Positions 13,701 to 25,800 of a DNA stretch of 64,000 bases are shown here, piece after piece. A program made the translations under genes and the position numbers. Source of the DNA: Podarcis pityusensis (taxonomy: Eukaryota); assembly GCA_964106645.2 (NCBI GenBank), contig OZ067038.1. One strand, given 5' to 3'. The notes under the pieces are model-generated. The model was not told the origin of the DNA and did not search any database. It saw only the letters and a list, made by a program, of their open reading frames with translations. The first letter of the stretch is position 1. Each line of letters begins with the position of its first letter.

Positions 13701-16700
13701 CTCCACTGTAAGGTGGAGATTTTTAGCCACAAGAACAAAAAATGTCCTCACGCTCCTCCTTTTTGCAGGTGGATGTGAAGAAGACAGCTCTGGCATTGTC
13801 AATTACAGACTCTGAGCTCTCTGATGAGGAGGCCTCTATCCTGGAGAGTGGAGGCTTCACCGTCTCCAGAGCTACCACACCACAGCTGACCGACGTGTCT
13901 GAAGGTGCCATTTTCTTACTCCCCAAATCCAAATGCTGCATATTATTTGGGGCCACTGTGTGGTAGAGTACAAGTTGTGTGTTCCCTTCTAGAGTGTTCA
14001 GAGATGAAAACTAGGATATGAAGGGTAGTTGTAGGGCTTAGAATTGATGAGAATGATGAACTTTGGGCTGAAAAGGACCAAAATCAAATTGATTCCTGAT
14101 TTCCAGATTTTGAGTGGCCCCTGAATACAGCTGTCTTCACCTGGAAACATGGATGTACTTGTTTACTATATTTTTACATGTTATCGTGCAGAGTCCAGTG
14201 TCTTTATTATTTCTTGATTGATGATAGACATCCCGGACTGTTCTGTAACTTGCAGGCCATTGGGAGAATGCGAGTAGCTCCCTTACTATGGTTACTGGTG
14301 CCACACACAAACAGCCCCAAGTTCTTCTGCAGCATTGTTAAGTCTTCAGGGATTAGCTGTCCACTCTAGGCTCTCCTTGCCTGAGCTTTGTTCCCCCTAC
14401 ACTCTTCTCCCCCACCTAAGATGAACAGCTGACATTACCAAGGCAACATATTTCACTGAGGATTGCAGTCCTTGAGGCTGTAAACCAAAAAGACCCACTT
14501 CTTCAACCAATCCATTTCCTTGTCATCCTAGCCTTGCCTTACATCAGGAGTGGTCAACCTTTTTAGACCAAGGGCAGCATTTCCTCTCTGCCAGTGATTG
14601 GTGGACTGAGCAGAAAATGTAAATTTTGCCTCTGTATAGTAGGCTACTTTCTAAGCACACTTGCACACCCATTTCTCTCCTCCATCCAGGCCAGCAAGAG
14701 GCAGTATCAGAATTCAGTGACACATCCTAGCCAGGCAAAAACACTCGAGGAAGGGTACAAACCAGGGCTGGTGGGAAGTGTGGCTTTGGCAGAGAAGGGT
14801 GTGGTGAAGTAGGAAGTGTAGCCTTAGCAAATCCTGAGGGCCAGATGGAGAGGCCTAGAAGGCTGCATCTGGCCCCGAACCTGAGCTTCCTTTCCCCTGA
14901 GCATAACTTTTATTCATTTGCAAGCCTCCTACCCCCAAACCACACACAACAGTGTAAATTGCAAACCATAAAGGACGGTATTTTAATGCAGAAACTAGCA
15001 CACTTGTACTATATAGATGTTGTAGTAGCTAGTGGTAATGTGGTATCATTACTGCTAAATCTCTGTGTATGTGAAAATCCAAAGTATTGGGTCTTGTTCC
15101 ATAATAGCTCATTTACACACTTAGAAGTAGCAGTTGCAGCCAATTCCACTGCAGTAGCATGCAGAGCTTTTCCTGAGGCTTTACCAATGAGGAAGAACCT
15201 GGTGGAGTAACTTCAGGGAGCCCCAGCCTGCAATGCTAAGTATGATTGTTGTTGTTTGTATAGTGCCTTAGAGTGCTTTGAAGCACATCAGCTTTGTTAT
15301 CATGTTATCCTAGCTACCTTGTATGATAGGTCAGGGTTGTTGCCATGGTGCATGTTGGCACCAGTGACGTGGGGAAATGTCATGTAACCCTGGAAACACA
15401 ATTTAGGTAGCTAAGTTGGAGGTTGAGAGCCAGGACCTTCACGGTAGATTTATTTTAAATGCTACCTTTTCCATGCACAAGGTCAGCTAGACAGGCAGGG
15501 TTGAGCAGTTCAGTGTATGGATGAGTTGGTGGAGAGGTTTGGATTTGTTAAGCACTGAGAAGTGTTCTGGGACAAGCCAGGGACAGGCTCCATTTCAGCC
15601 GGGATGGAACCAGACTATATATGCTTAAAGTCTAAAAGGTGGCAGAGCAGCTATTCAGCTGTTTGCTGGGAGAAAGCCACTTGAAGCTGAGGATCATCTT
15701 GTTTGGGGCAAACCATCCAGGGGAATCCAGGAAATTTCAGGGTGGTTAGTTTAATGTCTCTTCTGGGAAAACTGGTAGCAAGCATAATTAAAGATTGGAA
15801 TACCAAGCATATAGAAGGACAAGCTTTGCTGAGCAGAATCAGTGTGGCTTCTGCAAGGGTAAGTCCTGTGTTTGAGAATGTCAGCAAGCACATAGAGAGA
15901 GAGAAAGAAGTGATCCAGTTGACATAGTGTACTTAAACTTTCAAAAAGCCATTGACCATGGAGTCCCTTGCCCAAGACACCTGATTAAGTTTAGCAGCTG
16001 TGAAATAAGAGGACATGCTGTTATAGATCAGGACTGGTTAAGAAACAGCAGAGAATAGAAATTAATGAAGGGTTTTCCCAATGCAGTGGTGTCCAAACTT
16101 TTTTCAAAGAGGGCCAGATTTGATGTAGTGAAGGGCCATGAGGGCCGATCAAAGGGCCAACCAAAGTTTTTAAGCTTTTTTCAGGATTAAAGTTGTGGAG
16201 GGTTTTTTTAGGATTTTACCCCAGGAAATAAACAGCCACAGGGGCCGGATTAAACCTACCAGCAGGGCCGAATTAGGCCCCCAAAATGGACTTTGGACAT
16301 GCCTGCAATAGAGGGATGTAGGAAGTGGGGTCCACCAAGGTTTGGTGTTGGTACTGGTGCTTTTTAAACTTGTTCATAAATGATCTAGAGTTGGGAGTGA
16401 ACAATAAGGTAGCCAAGTTTGCTGCTCATACTAAATTGTTAGGGGTGGTTAAAACAGAAAGGAATTGCGATGGGCTTCAAAAGGAGAAGTAGACATTAAA
16501 ATGGGAAATGCAATTAAATGTAAGCAATGTAAGATTATGCATGGTGTAGAGAAAGAGAGCTGTTTCTCATAATACAAAAATCTGAGGACATGTAATGAAG
16601 CTGCATGTTGGAAGATTCAGAACAGACAAGAGGAGGTTCATATAGCACATACCATAGTTTAAACTATGGAATTAGTTCCAACAAGATGTAGTAATGGCCA

Positions 16701-18115
16701 CCAATGTGGATGGATTTAAAAGACAAATTTCTGGATGATAAAGCTGTCAATGGCTGCTGGCCACAATGGCTTTGTTCACCGTCTACTAGTGTGTCTGAAT
16801 TCCAGTTGCTGGGAGTTCCAAGCGGGAAGAGTGCTGTTTCACTCATGTCCTGCTTGTGTATTTCTCATAGGCATATGAGAACAGGATGCAGGACTAGATG
16901 GGGCTTAGGTCTGATTCAGCAAGGCTGTTCTTATGTTTTTATTGCCCCCATATTGTAGTGCAGGGGGCAGGAGTGAGAATGAGATAGTGGTGGTATATCT
17001 AAAGCACCTAATGAGTACATGGCAAAAGTGAGATTCAAACCAAGGAATTCACACTCTTCATAGCCACTATGATACACAGCTTTCATACATCAGCATTAAC
17101 GTGCATGATACTGCATACATTTACCAGCTCAGATTTGTTCTGGTGAGATGATTGAACAAGAAAGAAAAGCAGTAGCAAGATCATAGTGGGGTTGGTGACT
17201 TTTAATCAGGGAGTACAGCTATAGAACAGCAGCAACTGACCTGTTAATGAAAGAATAGGAAAGAACATTTCTGTTCAAGGTCAGGATAAGATTATAAGGA
17301 GGCACACAAAGGCAAGTACCGTAAGTGTATTCAGAAAACAGACTGGCAGCTGAGCTTGGAATGGCAATTGATGATTGAGAACAGGGAATTCTGGAGTGTT
17401 TGGGGAGGCCATGTTCATATTCCCAATATGCTTTTCAGATCTGGACCAGCAGAGCCTTCCCAGTGAGCCAGAAGAGTCCTTCTCCAAGGACTTGGCAGAG
17501 TTTCCTTCTGTGGAAGAGTTTCATTCCAGAGACTTGGGACCACCCAGTGAGGATGACAACTTTGCAGTGCCTGCCCACACTGCCCACCAACTGGACTCTG
17601 CTGAGAAAGACGGCGTGGCGGCAGCAGCCATGAGTTCAGACACATCCATCCTGTGCCTGGCCTCACCCCTGCACTTTGTAAATACGCACTTCAACGGGAA
17701 CGGGCAGGCAGTGGCAGGAGGAGCCCTGGAGCCCCAACCTGTCACTGCCCAAGGCCTGGGGCTGCACATCGATTCACTGAGCCAAGAGATTGTCACCACT
17801 GCTATCAGTACAGTAGTGCAGAACACCCTGTCAGCCCTGCTCCGCTCCTCTGAGGACAACGAGGGGCCTTCTCTCTCTGAGTTCCTGCCCACTGAGCCCA
17901 AGGAGAGACTGAGCTTCCAGGCCCAGCTGTCTGAGAGTGTGGAGGTGGGGGCGGCCTCTCTGCCTGGGGAGGAGGAGGAGGAAGCTGATGATTTTGAGCT
18001 GCTTGATCAGAGGGAGCTGGAGCAGATGGATGCAGAGCTTGGCCTTTCTGGAGAGACAGAGGCTCAAGCGACACCGGCTCTCCCTCCTGAAGAAGAATCC
18101 TTGCCCAGCTCCTAG
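4717..18115 (+). CDS. RETREG2: Reticulophagy regulator 2 (FAM134A), coding exons 2-9; exon 1 is upstream of the window
   Basis: GT-AG exons with consistent phases: 4717-4823, 8766-8796, 9682-9817, 11593-11677, 11941-12078, 12596-12690, 13769-13904, 17439-18115 (TAG). The translation contains [84 protein letters not shown] and the LIR motif DDFELL, matching human RETREG2 as I recall it. Confidence 0.96.
7878..8013. mobile_element. hAT-type hairpin MITE (136 bp)
   Basis: Same family as 4361-4496, with 8-bp TSD ATGTAGCA at 7870-7877 and 8014-8021. Older degenerate copies lie near 28275-28412, 28655-28780, 34080-34196 and 59980-60090. Confidence 0.9.
8558..8662. repeat. Fold-back inverted repeat of a tRNA-Ile-like SINE head (48-bp arms, 9-nt loop)
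   Basis: Left arm 8558-8605 and right arm 8615-8662 are reverse complements at 44/48 positions. The sequence resembles tRNA-Ile TAGCTCAGTTGGTTAGAGCGTGGTGCTAATAACGCCAAGG. Confidence 0.85.
10696..11135 (+). mobile_element. Solo LTR (440 bp) with 6-bp TSD
   Basis: Begins TGATGGG and ends CCCAACA (TG..CA with imperfect terminal inverted repeat), flanked by CTGTTC at 10690-10695 and 11136-11141. CCAAT near 11009 and AATAAA at 11051-11056. Confidence 0.72.
12254..12478. mobile_element. Tc1/mariner MITE, family B (RETREG2 intron 6)
   Basis: Same TIR and internal sequence as 4035-4276. Confidence 0.88.
15715..16940 (+). mobile_element. Degenerate CR1 LINE (RT region to 3' end) in RETREG2 intron 8
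   Basis: Frameshifted RT remnants: [52 protein letters not shown] (decayed FADD). The 3' end has TTCTTATGTT. Confidence 0.85.
16084..16305. mobile_element. hAT/Charlie-like MITE nested in the CR1
   Basis: Termini CAGTGGTGTCCAAA / TTTGGACATGCCTG interrupt the CR1 RT sequence, which resumes afterwards. Confidence 0.75.
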
Positions 18116-20460
18116 GTCCCACTGCTCCCCTGTATTTCTGCAGCTGCAAGGGAAGGACAAGTGAACACACAGCAGAGTTTGGTCTGTGCTGACTGGGGAC
18201 GGCAAAACATCCACATTCACAGTGTTATGTCTGGAATAGTGAGTCCTCTTCCTAGTGTTGGCCTTCCAAGCAGGGTGTTGCGTCTTGCCCACGCTTCCTA
18301 GTGGTGATGCAATCTTTTTTGGTCTGCTGCTTCAATTTGTCTGTCTTTGTCTATTTGTTTTGTTTTTTTGCACGCCGCATCGTCAGCTAGATATCCCCGC
18401 TGCTCGCACCCACTGTTCATGCCCCCCCCCAGTAGGAAGGAAAGCAGTTTTATTGGATGGAGGGGGGTGCCAGAGGGTCTACATTGTAAATATTTTTATG
18501 AAAACATTGGTTTGTTTAGTTGGGAAGAGGGAGAAGGGATTGGTGGTATGGAGAAAACGGGTTGAGGTGGGTTTCTTCCCTTGAGTTAGAAATTTCGGGG
18601 TGGAGGGGAAGTAGGGCTTCAAAGGAGACATCATGTGGAGTATATTTGCTGTCAGGACAAGATGAGGGGGCACAATTGAGCTTTGCTGCCCACCTTGTAC
18701 AAGAATAGCAGCTGCTTTTGCACTTCCGAGCACTAGCCCTTTCCCTTAACTTTCACCCTACAACCCAATTTCCTTTATTCAGTTGTGTGAATATGACACC
18801 TGATTTGGGCTCCAGGAAGTGGGTAGTCTGGTCCTGTAGATTCTCAACTCCAAGGCCAGGCTGTCTGCAGGCTCTTTAATCTACTTGGGAAAACACAAAG
18901 CAATTTGCAGTGACTTGAAAACTTCCTCTTCCACTGCTGCACTTTAAAAGCAAAATCCCCTTATATCTACTTCTTGTCACCTTTCTCTAAGGCCTGGCTG
19001 AGCCAGCTCTGCCCTATGATGCACCCTAGCCAGAGCACAATCTTCTGCTGCCCTCAGCCTTGCCTTAGGGAAAAGAGCAGAGCAGCTTGAAAAGGAATGA
19101 TGTGTGTAGGACATTGGGAAGAACATTCTCCAACTCCAAGCTCTCTAGGCTTATCTCCACTCTACTCCCACTCTCAAATCACTTTTGAAACCTCAGGGGT
19201 TTCACTCTTTATAGTCTTTTGCTAATTGGAGTAGTGTGCCCATTTATGTTCTCAGGAGAAAGGAGGGACTAAATGGGAGTGGAGGATTGTTTGGGTTTTT
19301 TTCTCCAAAGGTGGTTACTGCCCCTGATACCTATTGCTGCTTGCACAGGTTTGCAGAATATCAATTCTAGGATCTGATGGCTGAGTCTTTCAAATATTGA
19401 TTTTAAGTTGCAATGATAAAGTGGGTTTTTTATTATATGGAAACAGAGATGCCCCCTATTGGGTGTGTATCTTTGTTAAGAGGCAGCAGTCTGTCTTCAC
19501 TAATAGCGTTCTCGGCTGAGTGGATACTGCTTGCTCCCAGTAATGGATCTCATTTTTTGCCTGTTTTCCAATGATTGCTGGAGAAGCTGGATGGGTTGGG
19601 GAGTGTCATGAATTGGCCAGTTTCTTGCTGTTGAAAATTTTCAAGCTGGGCACTTCCAGGCGATTCCTGACGCTTTCACATTCTCACAAGTGACTGCAGC
19701 TTTGCAGATGCAGGCCCTGAAGCTGTGATAGCTTGCCCTGCAGGCCTCAGCATTTTAAACTGCACTTCTGAGAGTTTATGACCAAGGTGAAGGTGCTGCC
19801 TCTCAGCAGGAGGGGCCACCAATCAATTCCAAGCACATTTGCAAGACTCCAGTTCTTGCCTTTTGCACCCTTCAAGTTTCATCGCTTGCTGAGTCAGTCA
19901 CTGGCCCACTCTTTGTATCAAGGTTGCCTGTCTCAGGTTCCTTCAGTCATAGGGCAATGATTTTCTTGAAATACAAAATGATATTGTTCTCCAGAGTTGG
20001 TTTACTTTCTGACCTGTGTTGCCTGCCCCATCCCATCCCAGCCCCAGTCAAATGTTGAGGGGAGGATGCCTGTTAATACAGCTTCCTCCTAATGTCTGCA
20101 CTTTGGAAATGGGCAGCCATGTAGCACTGAGTGTGGAGCTTGCTCGCCTTTGTGTTGTGTCCTGAGCACAAATTTTGCTACCCCTACCACCAGCCAGAAG
20201 CCCTAGCTTTCCCATTCTGGTGCAGGAGGCATGTTATATGTTTGTGTTTTTCTCTGAAGCTTTAAGCTGTCTTCCTCTCCTTTGGTGGCAACAGCGCCAT
20301 AATGCTCCATGATAGGGGCCTTCTGAGGAAGGGCTGGGAGGCTGCTGATGTCACCCAGGAAAGGCAGAGGGCTTTGAACTGTGTAGCGGTGTTTATTCTA
20401 TGGCTAAATATTTAAAACAAACTGTAGTCTTTTTAATAAAAAAAGGTTCAAAGATGTGAA
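18116..20460 (+). other. RETREG2: Probable RETREG2 3' UTR with poly(A) signal AATAAA at 20435-20440
   Basis: Stretch with no recognised repeats after the stop codon, ending at AATAAA followed by T/GT-rich sequence. The end point is inferred. Confidence 0.55.
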
Positions 20461-22388
20461 TTTTGGGTTAAAAGTTCTAACTCTTCATCTTATCCAATCA
20501 CCCAGAAACCCCGCCTTTCTCAGTTTCTCAGGTATCCCTGATGCACTGGGATCTGGCAGCCATTTTAAGCCTATGTCCAGGTGGTTATTACCCTAGTTAT
20601 GGTCTTTCCTGATAGTATTCAGTATTCCATTGCACATGCATTGCAGCTCCACTAAGACTCCATTGTTCGCTCAAATTCAGGAAGTTATGTCCAGTGTTCA
20701 GTAACTCCTGTAGGTGAGCAGCTGGCACAACCTTGAACAGAAGGCAAGATGGCAGTAATGCTACACAAGCCATCATATCCTTTAGTATCTTCTCAGTTCC
20801 AGTTCTCACAACCACCCAAAGTTGTAGTAAGCATGTGCCTTGTACTATGTCAGGATCCAGGTGGGAATACACACAATTGCATGCTGTACCATACAGTTTT
20901 GTTTGTTGTTGAAAACTAGTGCATTTGGAGTGAAGAATAGAACTTTGCTCTTCATGCTAATGGATATGACAGCTTGAGGTGGTTTCTTAATGCTGCTGTT
21001 CCCCTTTATTGCCTCTCATTTAACAGCTACCCTAAGGTAACAGAAGTCTGTAAAGCCTATTAACAGCAGGTGTCATTTGAGGTTGGACATCTGGGTAAAG
21101 TAAAGGAACAGAGATACAGCTATAACTCTCCTAACTCATCTAACCTAAGTTCTTCCATGCAATGTGGAAACAGTTGTCAGTTCAGCTTACTTTTCTGCTA
21201 GATTCTCAAAGCAAGTAGATTAATCCAGTTTAGCTGCTTTTGATTCTATGGGCTCTACACCTAGTGTTCCCGGAGTTTAGCCCCCATGCACAGCAAAGAT
21301 GGACTTTCCAAACAAATGGTGCTAAGCTTGCAAAATTAGTTTACTACAGGTGCATTGGGTTCTTCAGCATATATGGTTTTCAGCCCATGGACTGCATTCC
21401 CTTCAGGCAGGCTTCCAAAGACCACATGCTAGTGCTGGTGATTGTAAATTTTAACTTTGAACTGTAGGTTCTTTCTATCCTACATCCAGGCAAGCAAAGG
21501 GCATTATCACTATGCTAGGACACATTTCAGCCAGGCAAAAACACTCAAGCAGGACTGCTAAGGGCTGTGAAGAAAAGTCCTAAGGATTAGATAGTGAGGC
21601 TTGGAGGATTGCATTTCGGGCCCGAGCCTGAGTTTTCTTATCTCAGACACACTGCATGATACAGTAGCTCTCACAAAAGCCTGCTTTTATTTGAGTGTAA
21701 GATTATGGCTCACATATCCACATTTATGCAGAAGTAAGCCCTATAATGTTCAGCAAAGCTTGTTTACAGCTGAATGTGTTTAGAATTGCAACCTTACTTT
21801 TTTTCATTTGTACATTCCCCCACTAATCCCCAACACAAATATGGAAGATAATTTTGCATGTTCAATTTTGTAACAAATGTTTCAAGTTAGGTAGATTATG
21901 TGGCAAAATGTTCATATATTTTCTGCATCTAAGTGTGTTTTTGGCATAGGGTGTAATTCAGTGTAGCACTCAGTGGTGTAGGTATGCATGAAATGAGGTC
22001 CCCAATCCTCTAGCACAGATTTTAGGGGAAGAGGGAGCCCTGTTGCATGAATGAATGCCATTCTGCACCCACAACTTATTTTTTAAGACCTCTGGGTGGG
22101 ATTCAACTCTCTTCCATCAATTGCCTCTAGGCTACATCCATATGGAGGAACATGTGAGAAAACAAACCAGGTTTATTACAAAAGCACATTATTAAATATA
22201 AAAAAAACAAGAGACCAACTGGGTCAGGGTCCTAGTCAAAGAAATACTAAAACAAATAATGGATGCAATCCATTAGTTGATCCAGAGGCTCCAGGGGGCA
22301 TACTATAACTCCTATCAAAAACTGAAAATGCTTCCGGCCTTCTGACCCACAACTTAACCTGCAAAAGTCAAAGCAAAAGAGGTACTAC

Positions 22389-22394
22389 TTTATT
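22389..22394 (-). terminator. STK36: Candidate STK36 poly(A) signal (AATAAA on - strand); an alternative lies at 22172-22177
   Basis: TTTATT on the + strand about 480 nt beyond the STK36 stop codon. Confidence 0.45.
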
Positions 22395-22873
22395 CTGGCC
22401 AGCAATGCCACTGTTCTCTTTTCTGCTTTTAAGTAGGAATGCTTGGTGACTTGTGGCTGTCCACTCTTCTTCAAAGGGAAAGGAAGAAATTCTCAGAAAA
22501 AAAGAAAAAACAAAGACCAGTATCCCAAGGCACTTAATGTAGAGTGCACTGAGCTAGGGTTTTTGCTACACATGAGCTACACGTCTTGTTTAGATAGGAG
22601 AACACAGCAGCTTGGCTTTTTCCATGGATGGTTCATAGCAAGAAAATGGTGCTTGGATGGTGTCCTTACTGAACAGCGGACTGTGGTACCTCTGTTCAGA
22701 TGATGTAAAACAGAGTTCTACTTCCAACTTCAGCTAGAAAGACTAGCGCGCTCTTGACATTTTGGCATATTGAAGGCCACTCCAAGACAGTAGCTGCAAT
22801 GATATTTCAGCTCCATGGTTCTCCAAACCTCTGGTGTTTGGAAGGAAGAGCACGTTGGAACCCTCTTGAATTC

Positions 22874-25800
22874 TTAGGCACTGTGTGCAGGCTGCAGGAG
22901 GTGGATCAATTTTTTACAATGCCTTGATGATGAGGGCCGTGGGCTGCTGTAAGCACTAGTCTGAGGTTTGTTACATGAAAGTGCTTCCAACTTTTCACTT
23001 GCTCCGAGTGACACCAGCACCTGGAAAGGAGATTGGGACAGATATATATTGTGCCCTGACATAGCCTATTGTGCTAAACTATGTAGGGCATTACCACAAT
23101 TACTTAGAGAAGGCCTGTGTTTTTAATCCTGCCTCTAACATCACTTCCGCATTATCAGGACACTGTGTTGGGACTTCCATCTACTGCAAGTAATGCACAG
23201 CTGATTGAGGAATATGTTATTTGGGGGATGGGACTGAAAACAAGGCCCCCTTTTGAGTAATTACATGGTAACTCCTTCAATGTGAATAACACAGCAATAG
23301 GATTCTATAGAGAGCCTCATAACTCCAGTATATCTTCAACGTCTGGTACTGAGAAAGATGTCATTCTGACAGAGCTGTTCAATAATGGAACGAACAGACT
23401 CCCATGAGAGGTGTTGGACTCTCCTTCCTTGGAAGTTGTTAAACGGAGGTTGGATGGCCACTTGTCACATACAATCTAGTTGAGATTCCTGCATTGTAGG
23501 GGGTTGGGCTAGATGGCCCTCAGGAACCCTTCCAACTTTATAATTCTATGATTCTTGGGGAACACAGTCATGTTTTCATAGAAAGGGGACTAGCAACTTA
23601 GGGTTGTATTCAGTGTACTGTCGGTGCAAGGCCTTTTGGCTGTGCAAAGTAACTCCCCTTCCTCCCTGCATACCCTCTAAGTCTGTTACGGGACTTCCAC
23701 AGCCATCCAAAGCAAATTTGGGGAAGGTTTGAGGTGCACAAGAATCAAGGAGAGTTCCATTGCACAAATGCCAATCCTTGCACTAACAGAGCAAGTGCAT
23801 TGGATACCACCCTTACACATAAAAAGTGATGATTGTAACTAGGTAAAGGAAGAATGAGATCTACTGGTGGGTGACCTAATATAAGCTCAGAGACACTTGG
23901 AACCAACAGAAAGTTAACATGGAAAAAACATCTATTCCTTGAGAATCCAGTGGTGGGATAGTTTGGAGCTCACTTATGTGCAACTGTTTTTGAAAGAATG
24001 GAACAGGTTGAGTTATATTGATAACTGCTTATTAAGATGGCAAAGCAAGTCAGGTATCACACACTGACTGTTTGGAAAGTGCTTCTCTCATAGAAAGGAA
24101 GGGTCAAGAGAATATGGCAGCTAATAGCAGCAATGAACTCTCAAGCCCGCCCCGCCCCCCGCCAACAAGAACCTACCAATGTCATATATTTTTTGCCCCA
24201 ATGTACAAACCTCAATTCTTGACCAGCAAGCAAAGCTTCATTATCCTCAACAACCATGGCAGGTAACCTTGCAATAAGGCTTCCATTATGCATTGTCAGG
24301 AATTAACTGAAGCACAATAAATCTGACTGCTGGTTTATTAGGGCCTGCCCTCAGCTGGCCGAGTCTTTTCCCTCCACAGTTGCTGAACTAATACCTGGTG
24401 GATCCTGGGCTGCTGGCCAATAGATCGAAGAGCAATGAGTGCTGCCTCTTGCACAGCTGGTTGCGAATCATGGCAGGCCACATCCAATAGACGACCAGGT
24501 ACCCTGCTCTGGATCAGCAAATCCTCCAGTTCCACCGACTGGCGGCCCAAGTTGCCCAGTGCTGAAGCCGCATTACAGCGGGTCTTGGCTTGCGGATCAC
24601 TCAGGAGCTGAACAACCCAAGGGACTGCTTTGCTGAGGGCTGGAGTAAGAGGGCCAGCCTGGTAGGCTGCATTGCCAACAGCAAAGCTGGCTGAGCGTCG
24701 CACATGTTCGTCCTCATCTGAAAGGCGTTCCAGCAGATGTTCCAGCAGCCCAATCTGGTCCTGCAGAACCTGAGGAAACCCCTGTCTGTGGCGCAGCAAG
24801 TTCCCCAAAAGGCTGCAAGTTTTGGCACGAACCGGGCATTCTTGGTGGCACAGCAGGTGGCTCAGTGGTTGGGAAGCAGAGTCTGAACCACATAGGAGTC
24901 TCTGTAGGAAAGGCAAGTGAGCTGGACTGGCCCGGGCTATGTGGGTGAGCAGAGAGAGCAAGTCTGCAGTAAGGGCTACTTGGTCTGATAGCAAAATGGC
25001 AGACAAGAAGGCAACAGCATGCTTTGAGGCAGCCACCCCCACCACCTGCTCAATGACTCCCTCGTCGCTCAGCACCAAGTGGCACAGGAGACTCAATGGC
25101 AACTCTGTCTCTGAGAAGGGAAGGTGGTGAATGCAGGCCTACAAAGAAAGCAAAAGCAGAATAGTGTCTCAAAGTGTGCATACCAGTATGAAGTTGGCAC
25201 CAACAAAGTTGTGTTTGTGCAAAGACTTCTGCTTATGCTATGGATCTTACTTTCCTCACCCTAGCCACAAAATCTATTTGTAGTCTTTCCACAAACTGGA
25301 CAACTTTGTTGGACATAACTCTGAACCTTTATCATTTTAAAAATGTTTCCCATAAAGGGTAAAAATTCCCTTATGTCTTTATGAGACTGGCATTTCCATC
25401 CCTTCCCCAGCCTACAACCCCCTTCAAAAAAGGCATTTGGTGCCTTGTTTTATGAAAAGCAGTTTTTTGAGTGCATCCACATAAGCACAACCACCATGAA
25501 TCAGAATGAAAGGCATTGCTTTGTGTGGAGCAGGGCAACTGGTCTGGCTAAGGCAGAGTCTGCATCTAGTGCTTAGACGACCAACATGAGAAAAGGTTTA
25601 CCTGGAGTAACTGTGCAGGGATTTCAGAGTCCCTTAGACCTGTTGTAATAAGCTCTAAAGTTTCAGGGTCCATGTCCAGAGCAAAGGGGAAACAGAACAG
25701 CTGGCAAATTTGGAGCACAACAGCTGATACCAGCTCTGGGTCACCATCCTCTTGCATCTGCCTGGAAGAGGGAAGAAAGCCGTCAAAGTGAGGTGTTAAC

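Noticed and set aside
17521-18292. Overlapping antisense ORFs of 121-153 aa
   Set aside because: These are shadow frames of the GC-rich last exon of RETREG2.
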